In this document: positions 42,916 to 61,913 of the stretch, in pieces
Numbering within the stretch: the stretch's first letter is position 1
Layout: each line of letters starts with the position of its first letter
From: Eledone cirrhosa
Lineage: Eukaryota
DNA length: 64,000 bases
Reading direction: 5' to 3'
Assembly (NCBI GenBank): GCA_964016885.1
Contig: OZ024740.1
Span: 142,104,001 to 142,168,000, forward strand
Position numbers and translations under genes: made by a program
The notes under the pieces: generated by a model
Told to the model about the DNA's origin: nothing
Seen by the model: only the letters and a program-made list of their open reading frames with translations
Databases searched by the model: none

Positions 42916-43394
42916 GTACTACTACTACTACTGCTGCTGCTGTTGCTGCTGCTGCTGTCGTTGTTACTACTGCATGTACTAAAAGTTCTTTCTAACACTG
43001 GCACAAGACAAGCAATTTGAAGGAAAAGGAAAGTCAATTATATCGACCCAGTACTTACCTGGTACTTTATTTTATCGAACCCGGAAGGAAGAAAGGCAAT
43101 GTTGACCCCGGAAGGAGGAAAGTAACAGACCTGTCAACTCTCTCCATTCGATGGGGGTGATCACCCACCCACTTCGGGTGGGCGAGAGATATGAAAATGG
43201 GTATAGCTTTCATTATGGAAAATTTTGCCTTACTTCGCCCCATTTTGGGACACTTTTTTTCATGGTAGTCCCCGTTTGGGATTTTAGAAGTTGGCAGGTC
43301 TGAAGTAAAGAGCTGGAATAAATATTGTTTAACATTTGTCCGACTCTCCAACAACTCTGCCAATCCTCCGACCTCTAATTCTATTACTAATAAT

Positions 43395-43580
43395 AATTGT
43401 TTCTACTTTAGGCACAAGGCCAGCAATTACCCAGTGCATTACTGGTACTTTATTTTATCGACCCCGTAAGTATGAAAGGCAAAGTCAACCTCGGCGGGAT
43501 TTGAACTCAGATCGTAAAGGGACGTAACTATGCTGGAAAGCATGGCGTCCGACCCTCTACCGATACTGCCAATCCACCGT
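43395..43580 (-). mobile_element. Near-complete SINE (main family, short form)
   Basis: Reverse complement ggtggattggcagtatcggtagagggtcggacgccatgc...ctgagttcaaatcccgccgagg...ggccttgtgcctaaagtagaaacaatta, with tRNA-like A/B boxes (tggcagtatcgg, gagttcaaatccc). Confidence 0.9.
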
Positions 43581-44375
43581 ACTAATAATAATATGTTCTT
43601 TATTGTTACCACAATGGGTCATTGTAAACACAACATATAAAACTGTGTGGGTTTAGATAGGGTGTAGATCACAATATAAACATATATGTTATTAAACAAT
43701 GTAAAGGAATATGCCATGTTCAGTTATTCAAAGAAAGCCACAGATCCAGGATCACGCGAAGTTCACCAGCAGTATTCTCCGGCCTACACATACGCCCATA
43801 TGCCTTACACTAATCAATGTATCACACCTCCTGCTACACACCGGTTAGAGTTCCATCCAACTCTTCTTAAATGGCCATATTGAAATTCACTCTGTTTTTC
43901 ACAATACAGAATTATAGCACATTCCTTCTTTTGGAGGAATTCCTCGAGAAAAGATACACTACCTTTCACGATATAATCTGTCTATATTTGCACCTCCTCT
44001 TGGAGCTATAAATGATATTGCTAGTATGTTTGTGTTTATATAATTTGCATGTCTGATTTTGTGTTTTAAAAAATCTTGGGAAGAATTTAAATTTATGTTT
44101 TTCACCGTTGTACCACCATAGCGGCGCATAGCACTTCTTACTATCTTTGATGTAGAACATTTGAAATGTAAACAAAGTTACAAATGGTCTTCTGATAGAA
44201 ATATGCAATAAAATAAATTGAACGAGAAACGTTTTTCCAGAATAGGAAATGGGATAGAATTTAAATAATCAGCAGTCCAGAATGAAAACAATCCGTGGTA
44301 AAATCAAATTTATGTGAGGGGATTTATGAAGCGCAATAGTTAATATCTAATAGTAACAACATCAAAAACTATAAT

Positions 44376-44585
44376 AATTGTTTCTACATTTGGCACAAGG
44401 ACAGCAATTTAAAAAGAAGAGGGTAAGTTGATTAAATCGATCCCAGTGCGTTAATGGTACTTTATTTTATTGACCCCGTAAGAATGAAAAGCAAAGCTAA
44501 CCTCGATGGGATTTTAACTCAGAACGTAAAAAGCCGTAACAAATATTGTCAGACACATTGTCCGATGCTCTAACTTTTCTGTCAA
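44376..44585 (-). mobile_element. SINE (main family, long form, diverged)
   Basis: aattgtttctacatttggcacaagg...gttgattaaatcgatcccagtgcg...ttaactcagaacgtaaaa. Confidence 0.75.
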
Positions 44586-45003
44586 CCTATACAGAATTCT
44601 GATTTCATTCGGAAATTAGCATAAAATTCGGTTTAGAAAATGTGTCAATGCTTCTTTAAAATGAAAATAAAGGAGGAAAAGAAAGATAAGACAATAAGGT
44701 CAAAGCCAGATTGATAGGCGCTTAGTTATTGATATGGCAGACATAGTACGCACATAACAGAAAAGGTGTTAGAAAGAGATATTAAAGACTTACCTACAAT
44801 AAGATAGTAGTTATCAATACCGAAGCAACAATTACAGTTATGACATTTCTCCGGAAGCTAAGTGAATTAGCAACATTGGAAAAGGATGAAGGTATAATGA
44901 CAGTAGTTAGAATATATCACTTAGATGTGTATATGGAAAGATTGTTTTTACTGTGGGCTTAGAAAAGTAGAGTTTCTTCTATAAATAGAAAGCCTATAAT
45001 ATA

Positions 45004-45048
<45 letters not shown>

Positions 45049-45142
45049 TGAATATTATACTCCAGAAAACTTGTCGAGTGCTCTGAATCAGTTATAAACA
45101 TTTATATTTGTTGAATTACCAACAAATTGAATATCCCTTCTG

Positions 45143-45217
<75 letters not shown>

Positions 45218-45502
45218 GACGTAGAACTACAGAAAAACATCTGGTGAAGGATAAACTAGTCCCTACCAATACAAAGATATGAACGAAAAAAAATGGGTTT
45301 TGGAAGCAGAACTTGAGTGTAGAGAATCGTGAGCAGGATATGCAACCATTAGTGAATATATTCACCATCATTGAGTACTTAACCCCCAATGGTGTCGTTT
45401 GGGAGCCACCGTGACATACGGCGTTTCTCGGACATTTAAACCTAAAGGAACCCACCCTTCACTTGGTTTGAATACAGCAATACAGCCGATTTCTTCCAGA
45501 GT

Positions 45503-45548
<46 letters not shown>

Positions 45549-45554
45549 GCGGGG

Positions 45555-45589
<35 letters not shown>

Positions 45590-46920
45590 GCGGGGGGGGG
45601 GGGAGAAAAAGAGAGAGAAAGGCAGGATGGAAAATGAAATTAAAAAGGAGAAAGAAGATTCGCCCATCAGTACAGGATTGGGACTTTATTTATCGATGGA
45701 TGAGAGATAAAGCTGATCTAGGCGAGATTTCACCTCGGAGCACAAAATCCTGGAACGAATACCGTAATGCATTTTATCCAAAACTCTAGTGACTCTTCCT
45801 ATTTGCTGCCTGGTAAACACATTTCAAAAAATAATTTCTAAATTTACCTTCCTGAAATGTTAACAAAAGAATTTCTGCATAGCTAATACCCAGCAATGTG
45901 GAGAAATGTTTAACAAAAGAACATATGTTAGCATACGATAGCAAACGACAGCACACGAGAGCATGCGGCAATATAGGGCCCAACTGGCATTTGGAGACAT
46001 TGCGCATTCCTGATGAACAGGCTTTATGTTGGAGAGTATAGATGTCACAGCTACATATGTTTGATAAACAAATTATTGAATATCAACAACAGATTCGTCA
46101 CGCATGGTATGGTGGATTGGGGAAGGATTAATATTGTTCCTCTTTCTAACTAATTTGCTGTTGTAATTTGTCCTTAGTAATTTATGAAACTATGTGGCTG
46201 ACAGTTTGTACATTTCGGGAGACAAACAACATGTCTTGAGTTTAAAAAAAAGAAGAAAGAATAGAGTCCATTGGTCGTGCAATAATTTGCCTGCTCGACC
46301 GTTTCACGTTCATGAAGTATATACAAAAATGCTTTCAAATGAAATTTCAGTCGATGAATTACAATTGTAAAAATGAACTGATGTCACATAATCTATACGA
46401 TTCGGAATAAAAATTAAAACACGTTCACATATGAAGTATTATGTGTTTTAGAAGCATGTTGTGACAAATCGTTTAACTTCAGCCAATAATCAGTAACTTG
46501 CACACAACACTGAGTCATCTGAGGCGGAAAATTGGTGCAGTCATTTAAAATGTTGGCTTGGATGCTTCACGATATCTTTTCTGGCTCACTACAGTCTGGG
46601 TTCAAATCTCACCAATGTTAACTTTGCTTTTCAGTATTTTGAGGTCGATAAATATAGTAGCTGTTAATTACGCGGATCGATTCTTCCTCTGTATCTCTTT
46701 TTAACTTCCTATCTACCGCCCTCTATCTCCCCTCTTTGGGAGAATCACCCGTGTTCTAATCTGCAAAGGGATGGGCCCTCCAGATTTAAATGTATACAAC
46801 TACGACTCGATCAGGAGTTCAGAACACAGAGAACTGTAACATTAGTGGCCGAATTATTACAACCAAACCATACTAAAAATATTGTTTTTTAGTTAAACCA
46901 TCCAACATAAATGGTGTATA

Positions 46921-47007
<87 letters not shown>

Positions 47008-47770
47008 ACACTTGGCGTAGCAATAAAGTCTTTAGAATAACCCTTTAAATGAAAATGCACAACACATTGAAAGTAAAATTTATTTATTCTGCAAAACATA
47101 ATCTCCATGGCATGCAATAACATCTTTACAGTGCAAAGCATTTAACTCTTTCTGAAACCGTTCCTTCGGCAATTATCGAAACCAGCGCAACGATTCATCT
47201 ACCACCTCTTCTAATGAAGCGAAAACAAATTTTCAAAGATGTTGCTTTACCCAAAGATCGCACAAATTTAAGTCGTGACTGTAGGGTCATTGTTTGATCA
47301 TTGCCACTCTTCTCCCCTGGAAAAAATATTTCGTATATTCAGCAGTTCGATGCGTGTATTAAAAACTCAGAAGAATGACAGCAAAATAATTGTGCATAGG
47401 CCTGTGTGTGTGTACATGTAAAAATACGGGAAGAAAATATACTATATAGATAGTTATGAGAATATATATCTATTATAATTGGTCATTACTTTAGAGCTTA
47501 AACTTTCATGTGTTAGCCACGATGTGACATTCTGTACACCAGTTAGCCACAGATGAACATATAATGCGTTCTGCGCATGGCAATTGAAATAAGACCGAGA
47601 TTAATATTTTTTAAACAATTTTTCATCAACTTCATACGATATTCATATTTGGACGTGTTTGCGAATACTTTTGCTTATATATTGTAAATTTGCTTCTTAC
47701 TTCAGACATTTGAATAATCGGTAGCCTGAAACAAAGAGGTGCGATTCATGGCGCTTCAGCCTCTAATACT

Positions 47771-47803
<33 letters not shown>

Positions 47804-48074
47804 ACACATACATATATACATACATATACTCGGGCATACATAAATACATACAAACATACATACATGCTCCCACACAATTATACATACAAACATACATATG
47901 CATGCATACATACATACAAACATACATACATATATACATACATATATACATATACAAATAACAAACAGATATAGGATGCAAAGCTGTCAAATACATATGC
48001 TATGAATATAAACAACGCCATTAAAAAATGCTATCAATTTTTTCTTCCATTATTTTGTTTTTTTTCTTAACAGG

Positions 48075-49076
<1,002 letters not shown>

Positions 49077-49741
49077 ACCCTTCAGTTGTTCAGTCGCTCA
49101 CATATTCGCCCCTCCCACATCACACTGTCAATCCTAAAAGCTATTTCTTTATAAATATTAACGATTTCATCCATATTTGCCAGTGAAATCTGTTTCTTGG
49201 TGGATTTCTCAGTTGCTACGACAACCAGAACTGCCACACAGCAATATTTGATAATGAAACCTGAATGTGAAAGATATTGCATATGTTTTTGGACAAACAC
49301 ACACGCGCGCCAACACATACATACACACACGCACACATACATACATACAAATATACACACATTCATAGGCGCAGACATGGCTGTGTGATTAAGGTGTTAG
49401 CTACGCAACTGAGAATGAGCCCAGAGCCACTATGTGGCTCCTGACACTAGATTTGCTCAAGCAAATCGTTCCACACTCACAGCACACCAATTCAATGGAG
49501 ACACCGATCGTTACGAGAGATACACCAGGGCATTGTTTACGCAATCCCGTCTGATCTTCTCGTGCTCTCTGTGTCTGTCCTCAAAATCATGGACTCCATC
49601 ATTCGCCATTCTACCCAAATTCCTCTTTCAAGAGCTTCTATCTCCCAGTCAGCCACCATCAAACCAGTTTTTTTCAATGAGTCCTTTACACAATCTGTGA
49701 ATCAGAGCTTTGCATACATACAAACATACATACATACATAC

Positions 49742-50797
49742 ATGGTGGCTGCCAACTCGTTTTCGAGTACGGCCACTACTTTATATCCATGTAGGAGAAC
49801 CCCTACCGATGCACTGAACGAGTGTGACATTTTAGTCCAGCCAGCGACTTGAAAACTCTGGTACAAACACTACACTTGTGACAATTATTGACACATAGTG
49901 CTGGGCCCATGGTTCCCTGTGACGACAAGTGCAGAGAGATCTCCAGATATAAAGCAATGCCTGTGCCGTGAAGCTTTTATAGTGAGCAAAGGCACTGCAC
50001 AAAGCCAGTCCCACTCTCTTAACCAAGATGATATTTACCAAAAAGAAGAACAAGTCAACATCATTGGATACCATCAGGGTTGCAGGTGTTATATCAGAGT
50101 TTTCCTTCTCCTAGAATTCTGCCTTGACAAAGGCTAAGGGGTCATCTCTCCCGGTGATTTTGGATGGCCATTGACTCTTAAGAGCTCCTTTGCCCTTTGA
50201 CAGGTTTTGTTTTTAGTCCTGCAGGATGTCCAAAGTCACTCTCCTCACCAAGAAACCTTGGTGGGGCTGCCAGTTTAGTCGCCAACGACCCGACCATGAG
50301 ACAGGTTGTACTGGGATACATGTTACCAGTAGCACCAGCTGGTGACCTGACATACATACATACATACATAAATACATACATACATACATACATACATACA
50401 TGCATACGTATGTACATAACTACATACATATATACATACATACCTACACACAACATACATGCATGTATACATTCATACATATATGATGGCTCCAAACTCT
50501 GCTAAGAGTACTGCAATGGCTTGTCAGATTATAGAGTTTGGTGCACTTTTAGGCTATGGCCAGCCACACAGACCTGTAACATATCCTGAACAAGCAACGC
50601 CTATGCTTTGAAGGTTTTTTAAGTGGGGAAAGGCCTTGCACTCGACCAATCCCACTCTCTTAGCATCGAAAACACTACCCGAAAAGGAGAACTGATCAAC
50701 ATCATCGGATGCTTCTGAAGCCGTAGTTGTTTTGTCAGAGTTTCCCTCTCCTAGAAAGGTGTTGTGACAACAACTGGGGGCCTTTCACTCTCAGGTA
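49742..50797 (-). mobile_element. Two diverged copies of a repeat embedded in (CATA)n, possibly derived from an RTE-type 5' UTR
   Basis: cccactctctta...caacatcat.ggat...cagagttt.c.tctcctagaa is shared by ~50010-50150 and ~50650-50790. Both copies are bounded by (CATA)n. Confidence 0.4.
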
Positions 50798-51263
50798 AAA
50801 AACAACAACATACATAAATACATAAAAGCACACATACAACATACATACATACATATATACATACATACGTTCATGCATACATAAAGTGTACCTGTTAGCA
50901 TATGTGTCCACGTCTACGTGAGAAGATATAAGTGTGTTGTTGGTGTATGTGTACAAGTCAACCCATTAATTAGCTATTTCAGGAGATAGTCTTGGAGGAA
51001 GAAATTACAGACTTCCAGCTTAGGATGAAGATGTGATCTAAAGTGCCATCTAAAATTAAGTGAACGTTTTAATTCATAATGGGAGGGCAAAATCAATAAC
51101 AGATAAAAGATATCAACAAAATAAACAAATAAACAATATATTAATCCTGAAATATCTATTGCATTTGTTGCGGCGGCACTATATTGCCCCTTGTCAATGT
51201 TATTACATTATTTGAAATTATATATATATATATATATATATAATAGACGCTCTTGTGTTCTTT

Positions 51264-51331
<68 letters not shown>

Positions 51332-51562
51332 AAGGAGGGGAGAGAGAGAGGAGAGAAATAGGGAGATAGATAAATATAAATAGATCGATAGATTTAAAAG
51401 AGTCGAAGTCAATATACGTACAAACTTTATTCGTATATATATATAGAATTAAAATTTAGATTCAAGCATAGCTGTATATAGACATTGGAATTTCGTATTT
51501 CGAAAGATATGCGGTATGTTTATGAATAAACATACCGCATATCTTTAGAAATATGAAATATA

Positions 51563-51684
51563 TTAATATAGATGAGATTCTACAGGACTAGAACTGTTTC
51601 ATTCTTTAGAAATCATCAGGAGATTCCTGGATGATTTCTAAAGAATGAAACAGTTCTAGTCCTGTAGAATCTCATCTATATTAA
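51563..51684. ncRNA. Near-perfect fold-back hairpin of two head-to-head hammerheads
   Basis: + arm: GAGATTC CTGGATGA t-ttct-aa-agaa-t GAAA CAG ttctagtc CTG TA^GAATCTC (1-nt core insertion). The - arm has an intact CTGATGA core but lacks the 5' strand of stem I. Confidence 0.8.
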
Positions 51685-51725
51685 AACTTTTATACTCTGC
51701 AATGTATTGAGTACCTTACACTTAC

Positions 51726-51788
<63 letters not shown>

Positions 51789-51796
51789 CTATATAT

Positions 51797-52179
51797 ATGT
51801 GGGAGGTGAGTTTTATTATAGAACAATAAAGCAATGCAAATATCAGATAAGTAGCACTCAACAGTTTATTCAACTTAGAGTATATATAAGAAGAAATTAA
51901 AAGATGGTTAAAAAAGTTCCATGTAATTTATTATGCGCATTTCAAAAACAAATATCATCCTGGGACGATTGCTTCACCATATTCCAACGCTTCCATATCT
52001 AGAACTTGTAATTTATGTCTAGCGGAAAAATTTAGCATTATCTCTAATTCTAACTCTATAATAAATAGACGCACAGATTTATTTTCGCTTTGCATCCATA
52101 AATCGCTTTGGTCATTTCACAGAGTATACAGCTAATATCTTACTCCATGATTAAGATTAAAAACTTTTTCTCACTCATA

Positions 52180-52213
<34 letters not shown>

Positions 52214-52857
52214 TACACAAATACCCTTTTTCTCGCATATTTCAGTACATTCTACAAAGTTTATTCATACTATGACGTTTTGGGTCCCCTAATTTTTAAG
52301 TCACTATAGCAAACTCCTTTATCTTCTTGGGGATACAAACTATTTTTTTAAATAGTTCATATTTAATGTTTCTTTATATTATTTCTTCTCAATATTACTT
52401 TTTCTTAAGCCGCTCTATTTCCAAATTTTTTACTTCAAATTTATTAATATTAACATAACAAATTTTGACGTCATTTGTTTTTCTTCCTCGTTTTTTTTTC
52501 TCTCTTTCCGTGATTGTCTTTGCTTAAATAATTACTTTTTCACAGAAATACTTTTTCAAGTACAATATATTTAAACAAACTAGGACCCTATATCGTCTTC
52601 TAAGCTTATAAATCATTTAATTTTATTTTTATTCACCTTACCTTATTTTACTTTATTTTATTTTAATAATACATTTTAATAAAACATTTTCGCACCTCTT
52701 AATAAATCCTTCAGTATATAAACACTAAATAAATAGTATACTTAATTTATATATCTGTAATAATAAACCTCATCAATTTTTAATTTTTTAATTTATTTAT
52801 AAATTTACAACCGTTATTCAGTTATTTTTCAATGGTGACAGCGTTTTTCAGTTTAAA

Positions 52858-52893
<36 letters not shown>

Positions 52894-53205
52894 CTTTCTC
52901 TTTCTCTCTCCTCCTTCCTTCTTATTCTCTTCCTCCGTTATCCTCTCCTTTTTTCCTTTCTTCCTCTTTCTTCCTTTTTTCCCCTTCCTCCCCTTTTTTC
53001 CAATCTTCTATATCCTTTTAAATTTATTTCTCATATGTTGACTAGACACTACGTTGTTCACAAGTGTTTTTTTAGGCATCATATCATGTCTCCCTATTTT
53101 ATCTGATGAGAACGCAAATATCGTCCCAGGATGATATTTGTTTTTGAAATGCGCATAATAAAATACATCGAAATTTTTTAACCATCTTTTAATTTCTTCT
53201 TATAT
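51797..53205 (+). mobile_element. Heavily 5'-truncated Penelope-like element: inverted pLTR, endonuclease C-terminus and 3' pLTR
   Basis: 51971-52135 translates ASPYSNASISRTCNLCLAEKFSIISNSNSIINRRTDLFSLCIHKS, the conserved CxLCxxEK..NxR..CxH PLE tail. 51885-51969 is the inverse of 53119-53205. Confidence 0.8.
53095..53165 (+). ncRNA. Minimal hammerhead, intact core, palindromic stem III
   Basis: TATTTTAT CTGATGA gaacgcaaatatcgtc-ccag-gatgatatttgttttt GAAA TGCGCA TA^ATAAAATA. Confidence 0.85.
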
Positions 53206-53447
53206 TTATATATATATATATGTAGGAGGTGAGTTTTATTGTAGTACAATAAAGCAATGCAGATATCGGATAAGTAGCACTCTACAGTTTGTAGGACTGG
53301 AGTATAAATAATATATAAGATCAAAAGATGGTTAAAAGAGTTCCATGTATTTTATTATGCGCATTTCCCAAACAAATATCATCAACGTATGTTGATTTAA
53401 AACTGCACTATTCACAAGTGTTTTTTAACCTTCATATAATGTCTCCC

Positions 53448-53518
53448 TATTTTATCTGACGAAAACGCAAATGTCATCGCATGATGATATTTCTTTGTGA
53501 AATGCGCATAATAAAATA
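53448..53518 (+). ncRNA. Second hammerhead of the same family, in the ORF-less module 53222-53550
   Basis: TATTTTAT CTGACGA aaacgcaaatgtcatc-gcat-gatgatatttctttgt GAAA TGCGCA TA^ATAAAATA. An inverted partial arm lies at ~53310-53383. Confidence 0.75.
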
Positions 53519-53652
53519 TATGGAACTCTTTTAACCATCTTTTGATCTTATATATTATATATATACACATATATATATACGTATATATATATATACGTAT
53601 ATATATATATACGTATATATATACGTATATATATACGTATATATATATATAC

Positions 53653-53710
<58 letters not shown>

Positions 53711-53768
53711 GTATATATATATATATACGTATATATATATATATACGTATATATATATATATATATAC

Positions 53769-53857
<89 letters not shown>

Positions 53858-54356
53858 GGAGGTGAGTTTTATTGTAGTACAATAAAGCAATGCAGATATC
53901 GGATGAGTAGCACTCTACATGGAACTCTTTTAACCATCTTTTGATCTAATATATATATGTGTGTGTGTAAATATGATAATAATGGAGCTGCGGCGCTGCA
54001 AATGGGTTACATATGAAAAAGTTTGTCCTCATCAGTGGCCTTCCAACCGTCGTAGGCATTTCGTCGCATTAAAGGCCATATACCTCAGGTTGGTGCGAGC
54101 AACGGCTAAAAAAAGTCGTTGGGACACGTAAATAAGGGGGTCGTTAGGGTAAACAAACAAAATGGTTTAAGCAACAGAAAGTGATGAAGAAGAAACAAGT
54201 CCCAGATTTCTATGAATATAAATTCGGTGGAATCATGAACGAGAGAATAAAGACCATCAAACCTGGTTGAAATGTGAGCAAGGAAGGAATTTCGCACAGG
54301 TCTAACGGGAGGAAGAAGGGGTCTGGTCTGCGAATTCGGTAAACATAAGTTCTGTG

Positions 54357-54429
<73 letters not shown>

Positions 54430-54577
54430 GAGTATATGTTGGTTGTATACCAGCACCTCAATATGCAGGCTGGACTGGAGCACTCGACGAAGTGCGCAGG
54501 TTGATTTGGTTACTCCGGAGTAATGTAAAATAAAGTTAAATAAAAAGCCAAATGTTTAAAATTTAGCTTCGTTTATT

Positions 54578-54632
54578 ACTGCTATATATATTTCAGTGAC
54601 AGCCATCTTTGGCTGTGACCTCTTCAGGCAGT
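54578..54632 (-). ncRNA. Minimal hammerhead, intact core (family of 5637-5692)
   Basis: Reverse complement ACTGC CTGAAGA ggtcacagcca-aaga-tggctgtcact GAAA TATATA TA^GCAGT. Confidence 0.85.
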
Positions 54633-54895
54633 CCGAATTAGTGTGGTATAGACAAGTACATATGTTGTTGAGGTGTATAATATTGTCAATATTCTGATAT
54701 GCCCAGTTCATGGTTGGGTTGTTATTTCACTGAGGAACTGGAATCATATTATTCCAGTTCCATCATATGATTCCAGTTCCTCAGTGAAATAACAACCCAA
54801 CCAGGAACTGGGCATATCAGAGTATTGACAAAATCATACACCTCAACAACATATGTACTTGTCTATACCACACTAATTCGGACTGCCTGAAGAGG

Positions 54896-54899
<4 letters not shown>
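54615..54899. repeat. Inverted repeat of about 134 bp (fold-back of the region upstream of the hammerhead)
   Basis: 54615-54748 is mirrored at ~54766-54899. The right arm ends in stem II (ctgaagaggtcac) at a TA tract. Confidence 0.9.
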
Positions 54900-54931
<32 letters not shown>

Positions 54932-54987
54932 ATATATATATATATGATATATATATATATATGATATATATATGATATATATATATA

Positions 54988-55048
<61 letters not shown>

Positions 55049-55120
55049 ATATATATATATGATATATATATATATGATATATATATATATGATATATATA
55101 TATATGATATATATATATAC

Positions 55121-55220
<100 letters not shown>

Positions 55221-55419
55221 GTATATATATATATACACAGTTCAAGAGTAACCAATCTTAAAGAGAGATATGGAGATAGGTGAGGAGATAGGAGAGGAGA
55301 GATTGGTGAATTAGTTAGAAGCCAAAGCGTAAAGGCATGTGCTCAATGTGCAATATGCAGTGGAAAGCAGCTAGGTGGCTGGGTTCATGCAGAAGTTAGG
55401 CGCGCAGAGCTGGAAATAT

Positions 55420-58773
<3,354 letters not shown>

Positions 58774-58891
58774 GTATGGATTCACCGAACATTTATTATA
58801 ATGCTCGGTGTGTTTGTAAACAAACAACCCGAATTAAGCCGTACAGTGTCTAGCAACCAACGTTGCTCATTTGTTCAACACTGACAAAGGA

Positions 58892-58934
58892 ACGCTGAAC
58901 TAGTTTCAAGCTTATTAGCTATCGTCAGCAACGT
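58892..58934 (-). ncRNA. Minimal hammerhead, intact core
   Basis: Reverse complement ACGTTG CTGACGA t-agct-aata-agct-t GAAA CTAG TT^CAGCGT. The module 58775-59027 is homologous to 11975-12140 and 39915-39980. Confidence 0.8.
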
Positions 58935-59024
58935 ATACTTTCCTGCCAGATGATTGAACGTCTGAAAGTATATACTTTCCTTATGCATATTAACTGCTGA
59001 GCCGCCTAATTTGCATATCGTCAA

Positions 59025-59075
<51 letters not shown>

Positions 59076-59117
59076 AGGGTGTTAAAGTTTGCTTGAAGCA
59101 TTGTGAAATGTGTAAAA

Positions 59118-59735
<618 letters not shown>

Positions 59736-59740
59736 AATAA

Positions 59741-59772
<32 letters not shown>

Positions 59773-59909
59773 TTATGTACTCCCATGAACGTCAATACTC
59801 ATCTTTTTCCATTTCCTCGAGGGTTCTTAATCCCACTATCAGGCTAAATAATTTCTTAAATTTCTTTAGTCAAAATACGGCGATAGCTTACATTTCTAAT
59901 AATATATAT

Positions 59910-59962
<53 letters not shown>

Positions 59963-59969
59963 AATATAT

Positions 59970-60000
<31 letters not shown>

Positions 60001-60096
60001 TAAATATATATATATCGAGATATTCAAAACAACAAACAGCGAAGGACGCGTTCCGCACTTGTCCGACAGACAACCTTTTCCCCCACCCGGAAAAAA

Positions 60097-60134
60097 CCCC
60101 CAGTTGATGGATGTGAATCCGAAATATATAGGGA
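60097..60134 (+). ncRNA. Hammerhead-like motif with variant core (homologue at 59419-59454 and its mirror)
   Basis: cccc CAGTTGA t-ggat-gtga-atcc GAAA TATA TA^ggga versus tccc CCGTTGA t-gggc-gtga-gccc GAAA TATT ggga. Confidence 0.5.
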
Positions 60135-60434
60135 CTATTAAATCTCTCCCAAGGTAACTCTCTCTTGTGTTGTTGTTTTAATTTTATCCTTTATACTCTT
60201 CCCTTCATTCTACACATCTCACACATCTTATACACACCACGCATCTCAACGTACACCCACTTACATCTCTCTCTCCACCACCGGACCTTGTTACCCGGAG
60301 ATTTACCCATTTGCATTGTCGAGGCTTCCAAACGACTTAAAGATATATATATATATATATACATATATATATAAATATATATATATACATATATATAAAT
60401 ATATATATACATATATATATATAAATATATATAT

Positions 60435-60473
<39 letters not shown>

Positions 60474-60497
60474 ATATATATATATATATATACACAC

Positions 60498-60549
<52 letters not shown>

Positions 60550-60552
60550 CAC

Positions 60553-60600
<48 letters not shown>

Positions 60601-60601
60601 T

Positions 60602-60677
<76 letters not shown>

Positions 60678-60740
60678 ATGTGTATCCCAGGTTTAGTCGG
60701 GAGTATATTTATATATATATATGAGTATATATATATATGT

Positions 60741-60860
60741 GAAGGCGCATGGCTGAGTGGTTAGAGAATTGGATTCACAATCTTGAGGCTGTGAGTTAGA
60801 TTCCTGGACCGGGTGATGCGTTATGTCCTTAAGCAAGACACTTTATTTCACGTTTCTCCT
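60741..60860 (+). mobile_element. tRNA-headed SINE (second family); similar remnants at ~26232-26342 (-) and ~63268-63357 (-)
   Basis: gaaggcgcatggctgagtggttagag...gtgagttagattcctggaccggg...tgtccttaagcaagacactttatttcac. Confidence 0.75.
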
Positions 60861-60962
60861 TCTACCTGGAGTTGCGACCGATAGATAGTATTAGCAATTG
60901 GAAACATTGTTTCCCCGGTCCGATTTGACGAAAGTCGATCGATCCTTTATATATATATATAC

Positions 60963-61032
<70 letters not shown>

Positions 61033-61284
61033 GTGCGTTTGTGCGTGCGTGTGAATGCAGTAACTAAAATATTTGTCTCGAAATACAAACAACTTGGCAA
61101 ATGTAGCCTCTATCCCGCTGATGTAATTACACAAATAACCTGAAACAGCTATAACCGGACTTGAGAGTAAAAGGAAAGGAAAGAAGCTGTATATTAGATC
61201 GGACCTTGGAAGTACTGTTTTTACTGGTCTTTCCATTGTGATACAGAAAACAATTTCCAGTTGCAACTTATTTGTTTTTTCCAC

Positions 61285-61589
61285 GTAATCTCGAATCCAA
61301 ATTAATGACTGGGGGGGGGGGGGTAAGCGAGGTGAGGTGGAATAAGCAGCGTGGGGGGGGGGGGATAACATCAGTAATTTTTCTAGGTTGGCTAAGTTGA
61401 TTTTCTCAAAAAACCAGAATTAGTCGTTGGGATTTCCAGTAATGAACTTTTTTGTAATGCTCAATGCTTTTTAATGTATAAATAAAATAAAATTTAGCTG
61501 GAAATAGATTATCAAATTTTAATAAGCGGTGGTGGGGGGTCTGAAAAATTGCCAAGCGGTGGGGGACTATTATTCGAGATCTGAGAGTA
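61285..61589. mobile_element. Possible old TIR MITE (Tc1/mariner-like, TA ends)
   Basis: taatctcgaatccaaattaatgac...gggggactattattcgagatctgagagta, with degenerate TIRs and internal aagcggtgggg repeats. Confidence 0.35.
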
Positions 61590-61846
61590 TGTGAAGTTTA
61601 GAGTACAGCAAACAACTGAAAAGACTTACATATTTAATCGTAATTATATATGAAAATATATAGCAATTACACGGGCAAGACAGGATTAACGTTTTATTCA
61701 TGAGATACAGCAAATTGGCAGAATTGTTAAAACGTTGACTAGAATACTTCGCGGAATTAGTTTCGGCATTCTGCATTCTGAATTCAAACTCACCTGATGT
61801 CATCCCTCGAGGTTTGTTCGATAAAGTATCAGTCTAGTACTGGAGT

Positions 61847-61913
<67 letters not shown>

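Noticed and set aside
54021-54090. CTGATGA and GAAA on the - strand
   Set aside because: The order and pairing do not close a hammerhead, and there is no GAAA after a stem II.
60741-60815. Functional tRNA gene
   Set aside because: The cloverleaf and B box are degenerate and it runs into a SINE body, so it is a SINE head.
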